The notes beneath the pieces are model-generated. The model made no database searches. It worked only from the letters and a program-made list of their open reading frames with translations, and was not told the DNA's origin. This document shows positions 18,889-28,834 of a DNA stretch of 64,000 bases, one piece after another. Origin of the DNA: an uncultured Candidatus Rokubacteria bacterium (GTDB lineage: Bacteria; Methylomirabilota; Methylomirabilia; Rokubacteriales; DASRDR01); NCBI GenBank assembly GCA_963805625.1, contig CAWDVE010000017.1, positions 256,001 through 320,000 of the forward strand. Direction: 5' to 3'. The stretch's first letter is position 1, and each line of letters opens with the position of its first letter. A program made the translations under genes and the position numbers.

Positions 18889-20931
18889 TCAACTGTCGCG
18901 ATCTGTTGGAAGGGCTGTCGACAGCAGACGCCTCCGCAGGAGGAGGACGTACAGCAATGCCGCGATGGCGAGGTAGAGCTCCAACACTTCGTAGAGCCCG
19001 AGGTCCCAGCCCGCTCGCGTGCCCCGCGGTAGCGTCCGGAACAGGCGCATGAGCAGCGTGGCGGCGACGAGCGGGATCAGCTCGCCGCGCGGCAAGAGGT
19101 AGTACGCCCAGCGCCCGGGCGCGAACTGGCCCCCGACCCACATCGTCGCGGCCGGCAGCACGATGCCGCCCACCGCAACGGCGCCAAGGGCGACGTTCCG
19201 AAGCGCCTTGCCCGGCCGGTCGCCCAAAAGGTTGTGCAGGTTGGTCTCGTTCTGCGCGTTCTGCTCGGCGAACCAGCGCGGACTGTGCCAACCGAAGAAG
19301 TGCTGGCCGTAGCTGATCTCTTCGAGCCCGGCAAACAGCGCGCCCAGGGCGAACAGAGTGTAAAGTACCCGGAAGCCTCCAGGCACGACCCTCCGGCTTT
19401 GCGTCGCGAGGCCAAGAGCCAAGACGGCCGCCGCGCCGAAGCACGCCGCGGTGCCGAGTTCGACGGGACCGAACTCCGACACGAAGATCCAATGGAACAC
19501 TGCTGGTCCCAGTAGAGCTGCGCCGAGCCCGAAGACCACGATCCCGAGCGAGGCCAGGATGACGCGGACCGCCCACGGGGCCCTCGGCGTCGACCCGGGT
19601 GCAGCAGCCCGTGGCCCCGCCGGCCCCGCGCTTCCATCTCCGGGCCCTGCCGCGACCGACCATGCGGGCAGAGGCGCGGACTCCCCCGGGTGAGTTCGAG
19701 GCCGGATCTCGGTCAACCATCCGCGCTGCGCACCGAGCCATGCGAGGGTGTGGCCGGCGAACAGGCACAGCAAGGGGTAGAGCGGCGCAGCTAGCCGGAA
19801 GTTTCCGTCGGAGACCACCGCGTGGGCCAGGACATAGATACCCAGGATGGCCCACACACCGTAGAGCGGTCGCCGTTCGCGCGCCAGGAGAAGCGCGCCG
19901 GCCAGCGCCAAGGGATAAGTGAGGTAGTACTGGAAGAGCAGCCAGCCATAGGCGAGGTGCGCTCCCGACAAGCCGTCCGGAGCTGCGAACGTCCGCGTGG
20001 CCAGAAGGGCGCGGACCTCCCAGGGGCGGCCGAGCGAGAAGAGGTCGAGAGCGCGCCGGGCATAGAGCCACGCCGCCCATGCGGGGGAGGCCGCCACCGT
20101 CCGGCCGATCTCGGCCACCAGCGCGTCGTTGATCCCCGCCTCGTTCAGACCCTGGCCGCGGCCCTCCTCCACGATTCGGGCGCGATCGAGCCCGAAGGAC
20201 GGAGCGTTATGCGCGCCGAGGTTCGTCGTCAGGACCACGACCGAGCCGAGGCGCTGGTGATTCCGAGCGGCCCAGGCACCAAGTCCTAACACGAGCGGCA
20301 CGAGCATCAGGGCGGCGAGAGTGGCGCATCGTGCGGCCGACCGAGCCCGCGCGGTTCTGGCGAGGGCGACCGGCAGCACGGCCACCGCGATCGGCCGGAC
20401 GAAGAGCGCGATCGTCAGGAGGAGGCCAAACCCGGCGGCTCCCAGGGGGGAGGCAGCCGCCCGGCCACGGACGAGCAGAAGGACGAGCGCGGTGAAGAGC
20501 AGGGTAAAGACCGACTCGGTCATCAGGCTGGGGGTCCAGACGACGTGGGTCGCGAACAGGGCTTGGGCCGCCATGCCGGCCGCCGGCCCGAGGAGTTGGC
20601 GTCCGAGCGCGAGCAGGAGGATCTGCGTAGCCAGGTCGCAGGCCACGTTGGCCGCATAGCCCACCATTGGATCCCAGCCGAACAGCGAGTAGAGGCCCGC
20701 CAGGAGCGCGGGATAGCCGGGCATGCGGAAAGCCTGGAACTCGATCCCCCAGTATTCGGGGCGCTCGCCCTTGTACAGTTGGAGGTAGCCCTGACCGCTG
20801 ACCAGGCTCCGCGCGAGGTCGTGATAGTCGCGCGTGTCGCTCACGGGCAGCCATGTGGCGTTCGAGACGAGCCAGAGGCGCAGCACGAGCGCGAGTGCGA
20901 GGAGAGCCCACTCCGCTCGGGTGGGTCTCAC
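18889..20931 (-). CDS. GT-C-like membrane glycosyltransferase fused to an EEISYGQH membrane domain
   Basis: SDTRDYHDLARSL, AFRMPGYP, LMTESVF and FVRP; Pro/Ala linker; C-terminal domain paralogous to 16485..17264. Confidence 0.7.
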   Translation of the reverse strand: MRPTRAEWALLALALVLRLWLVSNATWLPVSDTRDYHDLARSLVSGQGYLQLYKGERPEYWGIEFQAFRMPGYPALLAGLYSLFGWDPMVGYAANVACDLATQILLLALGRQLLGPAAGMAAQALFATHVVWTPSLMTESVFTLLFTALVLLLVRGRAAASPLGAAGFGLLLTIALFVRPIAVAVLPVALARTARARSAARCATLAALMLVPLVLGLGAWAARNHQRLGSVVVLTTNLGAHNAPSFGLDRARIVEEGRGQGLNEAGINDALVAEIGRTVAASPAWAAWLYARRALDLFSLGRPWEVRALLATRTFAAPDGLSGAHLAYGWLLFQYYLTYPLALAGALLLARERRPLYGVWAILGIYVLAHAVVSDGNFRLAAPLYPLLCLFAGHTLAWLGAQRGWLTEIRPRTHPGESAPLPAWSVAAGPGDGSAGPAGPRAAAPGSTPRAPWAVRVILASLGIVVFGLGAALLGPAVFHWIFVSEFGPVELGTAACFGAAAVLALGLATQSRRVVPGGFRVLYTLFALGALFAGLEEISYGQHFFGWHSPRWFAEQNAQNETNLHNLLGDRPGKALRNVALGAVAVGGIVLPAATMWVGGQFAPGRWAYYLLPRGELIPLVAATLLMRLFRTLPRGTRAGWDLGLYEVLELYLAIAALLYVLLLRRRLLSTALPTDRDS

Positions 20932-21149
20932 GGCGCGCCCGCATCGCGGTCGTGAGGTTCCGGCCAGCGGGTGGAGAACGGCTCCGCCATTGGCGCCATG
21001 CTACGCTACTGTCGCGGCCCCGATCCAGAAACGGGTCGACAGGCGAGTGCGTCCGTGCCCCGATCCAGGGCCGCTCGGGCGGGCCGCGGTCCCGCCGGGA
21101 GGGTAGGTCGATCGTCCGCGAGCGGTGTGAGCGGCGGAACTGGCGCGCC

Positions 21150-22661
21150 TTGAAGCCCGGCCCGCAGACCTTCGCCGTCCTCCTTGCCGCCTACGCGATC
21201 GGGCACGGCGCCCTCCGGGTGTGGATCTCACCGATCCTCAACATCGACGACGCGCGTGAGGCGGTCTTCAGCCAGACCCTCGCGTGGGGCTACCAGCCGC
21301 GCCAGCCGCCGCTCTACACGTGGCTCGTGTGGGCGACGGTCCGCCTCGCCGGGGTGAGCGTCGCCAGCCTCACGGGGCTCAAGTACGCGGTGCTCGCCGT
21401 CGCGTACGCCTTCCTGTACCTGACGGCGCGGCGGATCCTGGTCGAGCCCAGGCTCGCCCCGCTCGCGGCGTTCTCGCTGCTCCTGCTCCTGCCCGTCGGG
21501 TGGTTCGTCCACGACGACCTCACGCAGAGCGTGGCCGTGCTCGCAGCTGCCGCCGCGACCGTGTACGCGCTGATCCGGCTCGAGGCCGCTCCCACCCCCG
21601 GGCGCTACGCGTGGCTCGGACTCGCACTCGCACTGGGCACCTTGTCGAAGCTCACCTACCTCGTCTTCGGCGCCGCCCTCGGGGTGGCGGCGCTGACCGT
21701 CGCCCCCTACCGGCGGCGACTCCTGGACCCGCGCGGGATCGTGACCCTCCTGGTGGCGGCCGCCCTGCTCTTGCCGTACGCGCTCTGGCTTGCCAGCTAC
21801 CAGGACGACCTCGCGCGCTTCGCCGAGCAGGCCGGTCCCGGGGGCGCGCGCTCCTTCACCGCCGGTGTCCTTGACGGTCTGGGCGCCGTGCTGCGGGCCC
21901 TCGCCTACTACGCGGTCCCACTGGGTCTCGGGTTCCTCGCCCTCTTCCCGGAGATCTATCGCGGCCGGCCGCGAGCCGCCGGGCGCGAGAGTCCCGCGGG
22001 ACTGCTCGTCGAGCGCACCCTCCTGGCCGGGCTGGGCCTTCTCGGCGGCGGCGCCCTCCTGAACCTTCTGGGTCAGCTGAAGTTCCGCTGGGCCATCCCG
22101 CTCTTCTTCCTCCTGCCGCTCTACGCGTGCTGGCGCCTCGATCGGCTGGGGATCGACGGCGCGCGCCGTCGGCGGCTTGGCGTCTACGCGGGAATCCTGG
22201 TCCTCACCGAGGGGCTCATGGTCATCGGGATCCTGCTCCAGATCCACATCGGTGCGCATGTCGGGCTGCCGGCGCGGCTCAACACGCCGTACGACGCGGT
22301 GGCGGGCGCGATCGCGGCCGACGGGTTCCGCCGCGGCACGATCGTCGCAGGCCCCGGACCGCTCGGCGGCAACCTGCGCCTCGCGTTCCCGGACTCGCGC
22401 GTCGCGAGCCTGGAGACGCCCGGCTACCTGCCGGCGCCCGTGGCCGGCGTTGACGCGGGCGAGTGTCTCCTCGTCTGGGACCAGGGAACGGGCGACGCGG
22501 TCCCGGACGATCTCGGCACGTGGCTCCGGGCGCACCTCGACGTCGAGGGCCCGGCCGCGCCCCCGGTCGGGCGCCTGACCGCGCCGTATCGGCACACGCC
22601 CGCGCGCGAGTATCGCGCGTTCCTCCTCCGTCTCCCTCAGGGGGTCGGGCGCTGCCGGTGA
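21150..22661 (+). CDS. GT-C glycosyltransferase (ArnT/PMT_2-like), paralog of 17381..18868; start uncertain
   Basis: IDDARE, QPPLYTWL, GTLSKLTY, RLNTPYD and GNLRLAFPDSRV. Confidence 0.75.
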   Translation: MKPGPQTFAVLLAAYAIGHGALRVWISPILNIDDAREAVFSQTLAWGYQPRQPPLYTWLVWATVRLAGVSVASLTGLKYAVLAVAYAFLYLTARRILVEPRLAPLAAFSLLLLLPVGWFVHDDLTQSVAVLAAAAATVYALIRLEAAPTPGRYAWLGLALALGTLSKLTYLVFGAALGVAALTVAPYRRRLLDPRGIVTLLVAAALLLPYALWLASYQDDLARFAEQAGPGGARSFTAGVLDGLGAVLRALAYYAVPLGLGFLALFPEIYRGRPRAAGRESPAGLLVERTLLAGLGLLGGGALLNLLGQLKFRWAIPLFFLLPLYACWRLDRLGIDGARRRRLGVYAGILVLTEGLMVIGILLQIHIGAHVGLPARLNTPYDAVAGAIAADGFRRGTIVAGPGPLGGNLRLAFPDSRVASLETPGYLPAPVAGVDAGECLLVWDQGTGDAVPDDLGTWLRAHLDVEGPAAPPVGRLTAPYRHTPAREYRAFLLRLPQGVGRCR

Positions 22662-23875
22662 CGGCGCGGCTCGGCCTCATCGCGCTCGGGATCCTCGCCG
22701 CGCTGGGCCTCGCGGAGGGGGTGCTGCGCGCCGCCGCCGCCCTCGACCCCCGGGTGCGGTTCCTCGCTACGGGTCGCGCGACGCGGCCCGCCGTGACCTA
22801 CGCCACGCTGGAGGAGTTCATCGCGGCGCAGGCGGCGCACATCACGCCCCACCAGCCGTGGTACAACCACTGGAGCAACGCGTTTGGATTCCACGACGAG
22901 GAGTTCGTCGAGCCGAAGCCTGCGGGCCGGCTCCGGGTCCTGGTGGTGGGCGACTCGTTCACGTTCGCGCCCGTTCCGTATCCCCAGGGGGTGGTGACCC
23001 TCACCGAGATCGCGCTCCGCGCGGCCTGCGGCGGGCGGGACCTGGATCTCCTCAACATGGGCCTGATGGGGGCGGGGCCGCCCGAGTACCGCATCCTCGC
23101 CGAGCTCGGCGCGCCGCGCTTCGCGCCCGACCTCGTCCTGGTGAACCTCTTCGTGGGCAACGATGCGCCCGACCTTCATCGCCACGTGCACGACCGCTCG
23201 CCGCTCGAGCGGGCGCTCCGGCGCTCGCACGTCTGGACGTTCGCGAAAAACTTCCTGCGCGCCCGGGGCGGGCTGCGCGAGCCCCGGCTGCCCGCGCGAG
23301 TGAGCGCGGCCCCGCCCGGAGCGCCGGTCTCGCGCGGGGGCACGCTCGTGGAGGGGACCAGCGAGTTGACCCCGGACGACCCGGCCCTGGTGGGGCCGCT
23401 CCTCTCGGACGCGGCCTACCAGGAGGTGCTCGCCTCGGACCTCGGCCGCTTCTATCGGCCGGGAGACGAGCGGGCCCTCCGGGCCGCCTGGCAGCCGTTC
23501 CTCGTGGACCTCGACGCGGTGCACGCGGCCGCGACGCGGGCGGGGAGCCGGATGGCCCTGGCGCTCATGCCGTCGATCCTCCAGGTGAACGTCCCCCTCC
23601 GCACCGCCACGGTGGCGCGGCTGAGCGCCTCGCTCCGGTACCGGGGGCTGTCGAGCGCCGAGGTCGATCCCGACCTCCCCAACACGCTCCTCCGAGAGTA
23701 CGCGCGGACGCGCGGCATTCCCCTCGTCGACCTCACCCCGGCATTCGTCGCCGAGAGCGCCGCCGCCGAGCCGCTCTATAAGCGGTACGACAATCACTGG
23801 ACCCCGCGCGGGAACCGCGTGGCCGCCAGGTCGCTCACCGCTTTCCTCGCGCCACTCGTGTGTGGACCCCGATGA
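22658..23875 (+). CDS. SGNH/GDSL hydrolase-like protein (AlgX/AlgJ-like)
   Basis: N-terminal TM; VGDSF, VGND and DNHW; GTGA overlap with the upstream stop. Confidence 0.8.
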   Translation: MTARLGLIALGILAALGLAEGVLRAAAALDPRVRFLATGRATRPAVTYATLEEFIAAQAAHITPHQPWYNHWSNAFGFHDEEFVEPKPAGRLRVLVVGDSFTFAPVPYPQGVVTLTEIALRAACGGRDLDLLNMGLMGAGPPEYRILAELGAPRFAPDLVLVNLFVGNDAPDLHRHVHDRSPLERALRRSHVWTFAKNFLRARGGLREPRLPARVSAAPPGAPVSRGGTLVEGTSELTPDDPALVGPLLSDAAYQEVLASDLGRFYRPGDERALRAAWQPFLVDLDAVHAAATRAGSRMALALMPSILQVNVPLRTATVARLSASLRYRGLSSAEVDPDLPNTLLREYARTRGIPLVDLTPAFVAESAAAEPLYKRYDNHWTPRGNRVAARSLTAFLAPLVCGPR

Positions 23876-25026
23876 CCACGCGGCTTCGGCGGATCGCCTA
23901 CATCTTCGGCCTGTGCGGCCTGACGCTCGCGGCCGCGGAGGGCCTCTTGCGCGTTTGGTATCCCGCCCCGACGCGTCACTACGTGTGGCCGCCCAATCTC
24001 CGGGTCGACTTCGCGCCGACCGACGCGGCGACCCCGGGTGTCGCGGGACGCGGACGGTTCCGGACCAACAGCCTCGGTCTCCGGTCCGACGAGCCGTTCG
24101 CCGACGCCCGCCGGATCGTGTACGTCCTCGGGGGGAGCACGGCCGCCGACCTCTACCTCGACCAGGAGGAGGCGTGGGTGTCCCTCGTGCAGCAAGGGCT
24201 CAACCGCACTCCGGGCCAGCCACGGACGTGGGTGGGCAACCTGGCGCGCCCGTCGCTGGCGAGCGTCCACAACCTGATCCACTTCGACCGTCTGCTGCCG
24301 GAGCTCCCACCGGCGGACCTGCTCGTCGACCTCGTCGGGGTCAACGATCTCCAGCTCGCGCTCAAGTCGAGCTACCTCGACGCGCCAACGCCGGAGACGC
24401 ACCTCGCGTGGGCCTTCGCGCTCCGTCCGCCCGGGGACGACCTCGGGAGCCGGCTGGCGACGGTGCGCGCCGCGCGCTTCGCATGGCAGACGTGGCGCCA
24501 GACGCGCCTCGGCCTCGTCCAGACCCGGACTGCGGACGGCTACGCGCGCCTCCGGCAGTGCCGGCAGACGGCGCCGCCGGCGAACCTCGTCGACGCCCCC
24601 CCCGATCTCGGTCCGGCCCTGGCGGAGTACCGCCGGAACCTCCAGGCCCTGGTCGACCGAGCCCGCGCGTACGGCGCCCCGCTGCTCTTCCTCACCCAGC
24701 CCACGCTCTGGGCGAGGGAGATGGGTCCGGCCGAGCGGGCGCGGCTCCTCGCCGGTGGGCTGGGTCCGATCAAGACCTGGTGCACCCACCAGCGCTACTT
24801 CTCGCCGGGAGCGCTGGCCGAAGGCATGCGCGCCTTCAACGACGTCCTGCGGGACGTGTGCCGGGCGCCGGGCATGGCCTGCCGGGACCTGGCGGCGGCG
24901 CTCCCGCCGCGCGCCGAGTACTTCTACGACGACATGCATCTTTCGGAGGCTGGGGCGCGGCGCGTGGCCGACCTCGTCGTCGCGTGGATCCTGGAGCTCC
25001 CGCCCACGCTCCGGCCGCGTCCGTGA
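23872..25026 (+). CDS. SGNH/GDSL hydrolase-like protein
   Basis: N-terminal TM; TNSLGLRS, LGGST, GVND and YDDMH. Confidence 0.8.
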   Translation: MTTRLRRIAYIFGLCGLTLAAAEGLLRVWYPAPTRHYVWPPNLRVDFAPTDAATPGVAGRGRFRTNSLGLRSDEPFADARRIVYVLGGSTAADLYLDQEEAWVSLVQQGLNRTPGQPRTWVGNLARPSLASVHNLIHFDRLLPELPPADLLVDLVGVNDLQLALKSSYLDAPTPETHLAWAFALRPPGDDLGSRLATVRAARFAWQTWRQTRLGLVQTRTADGYARLRQCRQTAPPANLVDAPPDLGPALAEYRRNLQALVDRARAYGAPLLFLTQPTLWAREMGPAERARLLAGGLGPIKTWCTHQRYFSPGALAEGMRAFNDVLRDVCRAPGMACRDLAAALPPRAEYFYDDMHLSEAGARRVADLVVAWILELPPTLRPRP

Positions 25027-25162
25027 GCGTCAGCGCGGGTCCGCGTCCCCGGTGCTCTGGCGGCAGCCAGCTCTGGCGGCGGCCACCCGGTGAGGACCGC
25101 TCCGAAGGCTGTGCTAGACTTCGAGAGTGCCGGCGGGAACTGGATCCGAACCGCAACACGGG

Positions 25163-25396
25163 GTGAAGGCCGCGGCCCGCGCCGCCTGGCGCTGGTGGAC
25201 CCGGGTGGCCCACCGGATCGGCGACTTCCAGGCGCGGGTGCTCCTGAGCTTCTTCTACTACGTGATCCTCGGCCCGTTCGCGCTCGTCCTGCGCCGGGGT
25301 GACCCCCTCGGTATCGCACCCGGCGTGGCCCGCGGCTGGCGCCAGCGCGACACCGCCATCCGCCCGATCGCCGAGCAGGCGCAGCGGCAGTCCTGA
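25163..25396 (+). CDS. SxtJ-like small membrane protein
   Basis: AHRIGDFQARVLLSFFYYVILGPFAL...DPL; directly upstream of the carbamoyltransferase. Confidence 0.65.
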   Translation: MKAAARAAWRWWTRVAHRIGDFQARVLLSFFYYVILGPFALVLRRGDPLGIAPGVARGWRQRDTAIRPIAEQAQRQS

Positions 25397-27195
25397 TGGA
25401 CGTCCTCGGGGTCTCCTGCTACTTCCACGACGCCGCGGCGGCGCTCCTTCGCGACGGGCAGCTCGTGGCCGCCGTGGAGGAGGAGCGCTTCAGCCGGAAG
25501 AAGCACGACTATGGGTTCCCGTCCCATGCCATCGACTTCTGTCTCCGCACCGGCGGCATTCCCGCCTCCGCGCTCGACTACGTCGTGTTCTTCGAGAAGC
25601 CGTTCCTCAAGTTCGAGCGTCTCCTGCTCACGTGCATGCAGACGTTCCCACGCTCCCGTCGCCTGTTCCAGGAAGCGATGATCCCCTGGCTCGGCGACAA
25701 GATGTGGATCCGGCACCTCCTCCAGAAGCGGCTCGGCCTTCCCCCCTCGCGAATCCTGTTCAGCGAGCACCACCTCTCCCACGCGGCCAGCGCGTTCTTC
25801 TGTTCGCCCTTCCCCGAGGCCGCGATCCTGACCGTTGACGGCGTTGGGGAGTGGACTACCGCGACGGTGGGCGTGGGGCGCGGCACCGAGATCTCGGTCC
25901 TCGAGGAGATCCGGTTCCCGCACTCGCTCGGGCTCCTCTACAGCGCCTTCACCGCATTCCTCGGCTTCGAGGTCAACGAGGGCGAGTACAAGGTGATGGG
26001 CATGGCGCCATTCGGCGTGCCGCGGCACGTCGACCGCGTGTGGCAGCTGATCCGGGTCGCGGACGACGGCGGCTTCGAGCTCGACATGAGCTACTTCGAG
26101 TTCCACCGGTCGACCGAGCGGACATACAGCGATCGCTTCGTGGAGCTGTTCGGCGCGCCGCGGGATCCCGGCGCGCCCTTCTTCACGGCCGCGAGCGGCT
26201 ACCCGTCCTACTTCGGGCCTCGTGCCGAAGACCACGCAGCGCAGGCGGAGCGGAACCAGTACTACGCCGATCTGGCGGCGAGCATCCAGGCCGTGGTCGA
26301 GGAGGTCGTCCTTCGGATGGCGCGGTACGCCCACCGCCGGACGGGCCTGCCGCGCCTCTGCATGGCCGGCGGCGTGGCGCTCAACAGCGTGGCCAACGGG
26401 CGTGTCGTTCGCGAGGGGCCATTCGAGGAGCTGTACGTTCAGCCGGCGGCGGGGGACTCGGGCGGGGCGTTGGGCGCGGCGCTCTGGGGGCACCACGCGG
26501 TTCTCGGCCGGCCGCGCGGGTTCGTGATGGAGCACGCCGCGTGGGGCCAGGAGTACGGGCGGCCGGAGGTCCAGGCGTCCCTCGAGGCCAATGGGGCCGC
26601 CTACACGCCGTTCGACGACGAGGATCACCTGCTGGACCACGTCGTGGACCGGCTCGAGCAGGGCCGCGTCGTCGGATGGTTCCAGGGCCGCTTCGAGTGG
26701 GGGCCCCGCGCCCTCGGACACCGGAGCATCCTCGCGGACCCCCGCCGCCCCGAGATGAAGGATCTGGTGAACGTGAAGATCAAGTACCGGGAGCCCTTCC
26801 GGCCGTTTGCGCCGTCGGTCCCGGTCGGCCGCGCGGAGGAGTACTTCGCCCTCCCGGACGCCGCCCGCCACTACCCGGCCCGGTTCATGCTCTATGTCGT
26901 GGACGTCCACGACGCCAAGCGCGACACCATCCCGGCGGTCACCCACGTGGACGGCACCGCGCGGCTTCAGACCGTGCGCGAGGACACCGCCCCACGCTAC
27001 CATCGGCTCATCGAGCGGTTCGGCAAGGCCACGGGCGTGCCGGTGCTGCTGAACACGTCCTTCAATCTCAAGGGCGAGCCGATCGTCAACACGCCCGCCG
27101 AGGCGCTCGCCACGTTTGCCCGGAGCGGGATGGACTTGCTCGTCCTCGGGGACTGTGTCGTCGAGAAGCGCACACCGGGAGGGTCGGAGCCGTGA
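25396..27195 (+). CDS. Carbamoyltransferase (NodU/CmcH/SxtI family)
   Basis: HDAAAAL, EEERFSRKKH, EHHLSHAASAF, GEYKVMG, AGGVALN, GPRALGHRSIL and LNTSFN. Confidence 0.93.
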   Translation: MDVLGVSCYFHDAAAALLRDGQLVAAVEEERFSRKKHDYGFPSHAIDFCLRTGGIPASALDYVVFFEKPFLKFERLLLTCMQTFPRSRRLFQEAMIPWLGDKMWIRHLLQKRLGLPPSRILFSEHHLSHAASAFFCSPFPEAAILTVDGVGEWTTATVGVGRGTEISVLEEIRFPHSLGLLYSAFTAFLGFEVNEGEYKVMGMAPFGVPRHVDRVWQLIRVADDGGFELDMSYFEFHRSTERTYSDRFVELFGAPRDPGAPFFTAASGYPSYFGPRAEDHAAQAERNQYYADLAASIQAVVEEVVLRMARYAHRRTGLPRLCMAGGVALNSVANGRVVREGPFEELYVQPAAGDSGGALGAALWGHHAVLGRPRGFVMEHAAWGQEYGRPEVQASLEANGAAYTPFDDEDHLLDHVVDRLEQGRVVGWFQGRFEWGPRALGHRSILADPRRPEMKDLVNVKIKYREPFRPFAPSVPVGRAEEYFALPDAARHYPARFMLYVVDVHDAKRDTIPAVTHVDGTARLQTVREDTAPRYHRLIERFGKATGVPVLLNTSFNLKGEPIVNTPAEALATFARSGMDLLVLGDCVVEKRTPGGSEP

Positions 27196-27371
27196 AGCTG
27201 AGCGAGCATTTCCAGAGCCGGGCGGGGATCCTCGGCGAGCTCCTGCAGTTCTTCTGGGGACGGAAGTGGTGGTGGCTGACGCCAATGCTGCTCCTCCTGC
27301 TCCTGGTCGGCGGGCTGATCATCTTCGCCCAGAGCTCCGCGATCGCGCCGTTCATCTACACGCTGTTCTAG
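27192..27371 (+). CDS. DUF5989 / SxtK-like small protein
   Basis: RKWWWLTPMLLLLLL...SSAIAPFIYTLF; GTGA overlap. Confidence 0.85.
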   Translation: MKLSEHFQSRAGILGELLQFFWGRKWWWLTPMLLLLLLVGGLIIFAQSSAIAPFIYTLF

Positions 27372-27782
27372 CGGTCGCGAAACCTGGGGACTGCGCGGAG
27401 CCGCGCGCGGGGCGACCCGCTACTGGCGCTCCCCCGCTTCGGTTGAGCCGGATCGCGATGGGCACCCGCACGCCGCCACTCGGCCGTCGTGGCCGACCAG
27501 GGGTAGTAGACGACGACGCCATCGGCGGAGGCTCGATGCAGGTCTGCCGGGGCGCACAGGGGCAGCTCGAAGAGTGGCTCCGGAGCATCCGCATTTCGGC
27601 GCCTGGATCTTGGCGCTGTGTGAAGGGCTCCGTGCCCATGCCGCCCCAGAAGCCATCGGGACGACCTTGCCGTGGGCTACTATGGCCGGCGCCGGCCCCA
27701 TGGCATCGCGTCGGGCCGAAGCTCGGTGCCGCCGGAGCGCCGCTGCTGGTATGGCCCGGCGCCAGGCTCTGGGAGGGATGAG

Positions 27783-28721
27783 ATGAGGGGTCTCCGGTCG
27801 ATCGGTGCCGTCGCGCTCCTCATCGTCGCGCTCGTCTCGCCTGGCCGCGGCCAGGGGTTCGGTACCTGGATTCGCGGGGCCCCGCTCCTGTCGAGCCGGA
27901 CGGAGGTCACGGGCGCCGAGCTCGGGGGGCGCCTCTACGTGATCGGTGGATTCGGGCAGGGGGGCGATCAGGTCGAGGTGTACGATCCGCGGGCGGACCG
28001 CTGGGAGCGGCGAGCGTCGCTGCCCGTGCCCCTCCATCACGCGGCGGCCGTTGCCGTGGGCGGCCGGCTCTACGTCGTCGGTGGCTACTCGGGCGGCCAG
28101 TGGGCCGTGCTCGACACCGTGTTCGAGTACGACCCGGGGGCGGACCGGTGGCGCACCCGGGCGCCGCTCCCCACGGGTCGCGGGGCCCTGGCGGCCGCGG
28201 TCATCGACGGCCGCGTGTATGCTGCCGGGGGCGTGGGGTCGGCCCGCCGCAACACGGACGCGTTCGAGGTCTACGACCCCGGCGCGGACCGGTGGGAGCC
28301 GCGGGCGCCGATGCCGGTTCCTCGCGACCACCACGCGGCGGGGGCTGTCGGCGGGAAGCTCCACGTGGTCGGAGGGCGTCTGGACGGGAGCTATGCGCGG
28401 AATCTCGACGCCCATCACATGTACGACCCCGCGACGAACGGCTGGACGGCCCGGCCGCCCCTTCCCACCGCGCGGAGCGGGATCGCCGCCGCCGTCCTCG
28501 GATCACGCCTGTTCGTCTTCGGCGGCGAGGCGCCCACCGGGACCTTCGGCCAGGTCGAGGTCTACGACGCCGCCGCGAACCGGTGGAGCGTACTGACCCC
28601 GATGCCGACGCCGCGCCACGGCTTGACAGCCATCCTCTTCGAGGGACGGATCCACGTTCTCTCGGGTGGCCCCCAGCCCGGCGGGTCTTACAGCGCCGCC
28701 CACGAGATCCTGAGTCCCTGA
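27783..28721 (+). CDS. Secreted Kelch-repeat beta-propeller protein
   Basis: Signal peptide; six GG...YDP...W Kelch repeats. Confidence 0.9.
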   Translation: MRGLRSIGAVALLIVALVSPGRGQGFGTWIRGAPLLSSRTEVTGAELGGRLYVIGGFGQGGDQVEVYDPRADRWERRASLPVPLHHAAAVAVGGRLYVVGGYSGGQWAVLDTVFEYDPGADRWRTRAPLPTGRGALAAAVIDGRVYAAGGVGSARRNTDAFEVYDPGADRWEPRAPMPVPRDHHAAGAVGGKLHVVGGRLDGSYARNLDAHHMYDPATNGWTARPPLPTARSGIAAAVLGSRLFVFGGEAPTGTFGQVEVYDAAANRWSVLTPMPTPRHGLTAILFEGRIHVLSGGPQPGGSYSAAHEILSP

Positions 28722-28834
28722 GGCCCTGATCGACTCACCACCGTGGCGCCTCGCGGGCCATCCCCCGCGCGGGCTGTGATAGCCTGAAGACCTCGCGCGA
28801 GATTCTCCGATGACCCTCCTCCTGCGTCAGGGGC

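Noticed and set aside
25258-27285. Long antisense or alternative-frame ORFs (also 47075..49102, 11730..13844, 32466..34310, 50880..52712)
   Set aside because: Shadow ORFs from high GC and codon bias. They are Arg/Pro-rich, motif-free and overlap well-supported genes.
25163-27371. Saxitoxin biosynthesis
   Set aside because: Only sxtI/J/K-like genes are present. There are no sxtA/G/B-type core genes, and the trio is widespread.
27860-28700. DNA repeats such as tacgacccc...gcggaccggtgg
   Set aside because: Explained by Kelch protein repeats.
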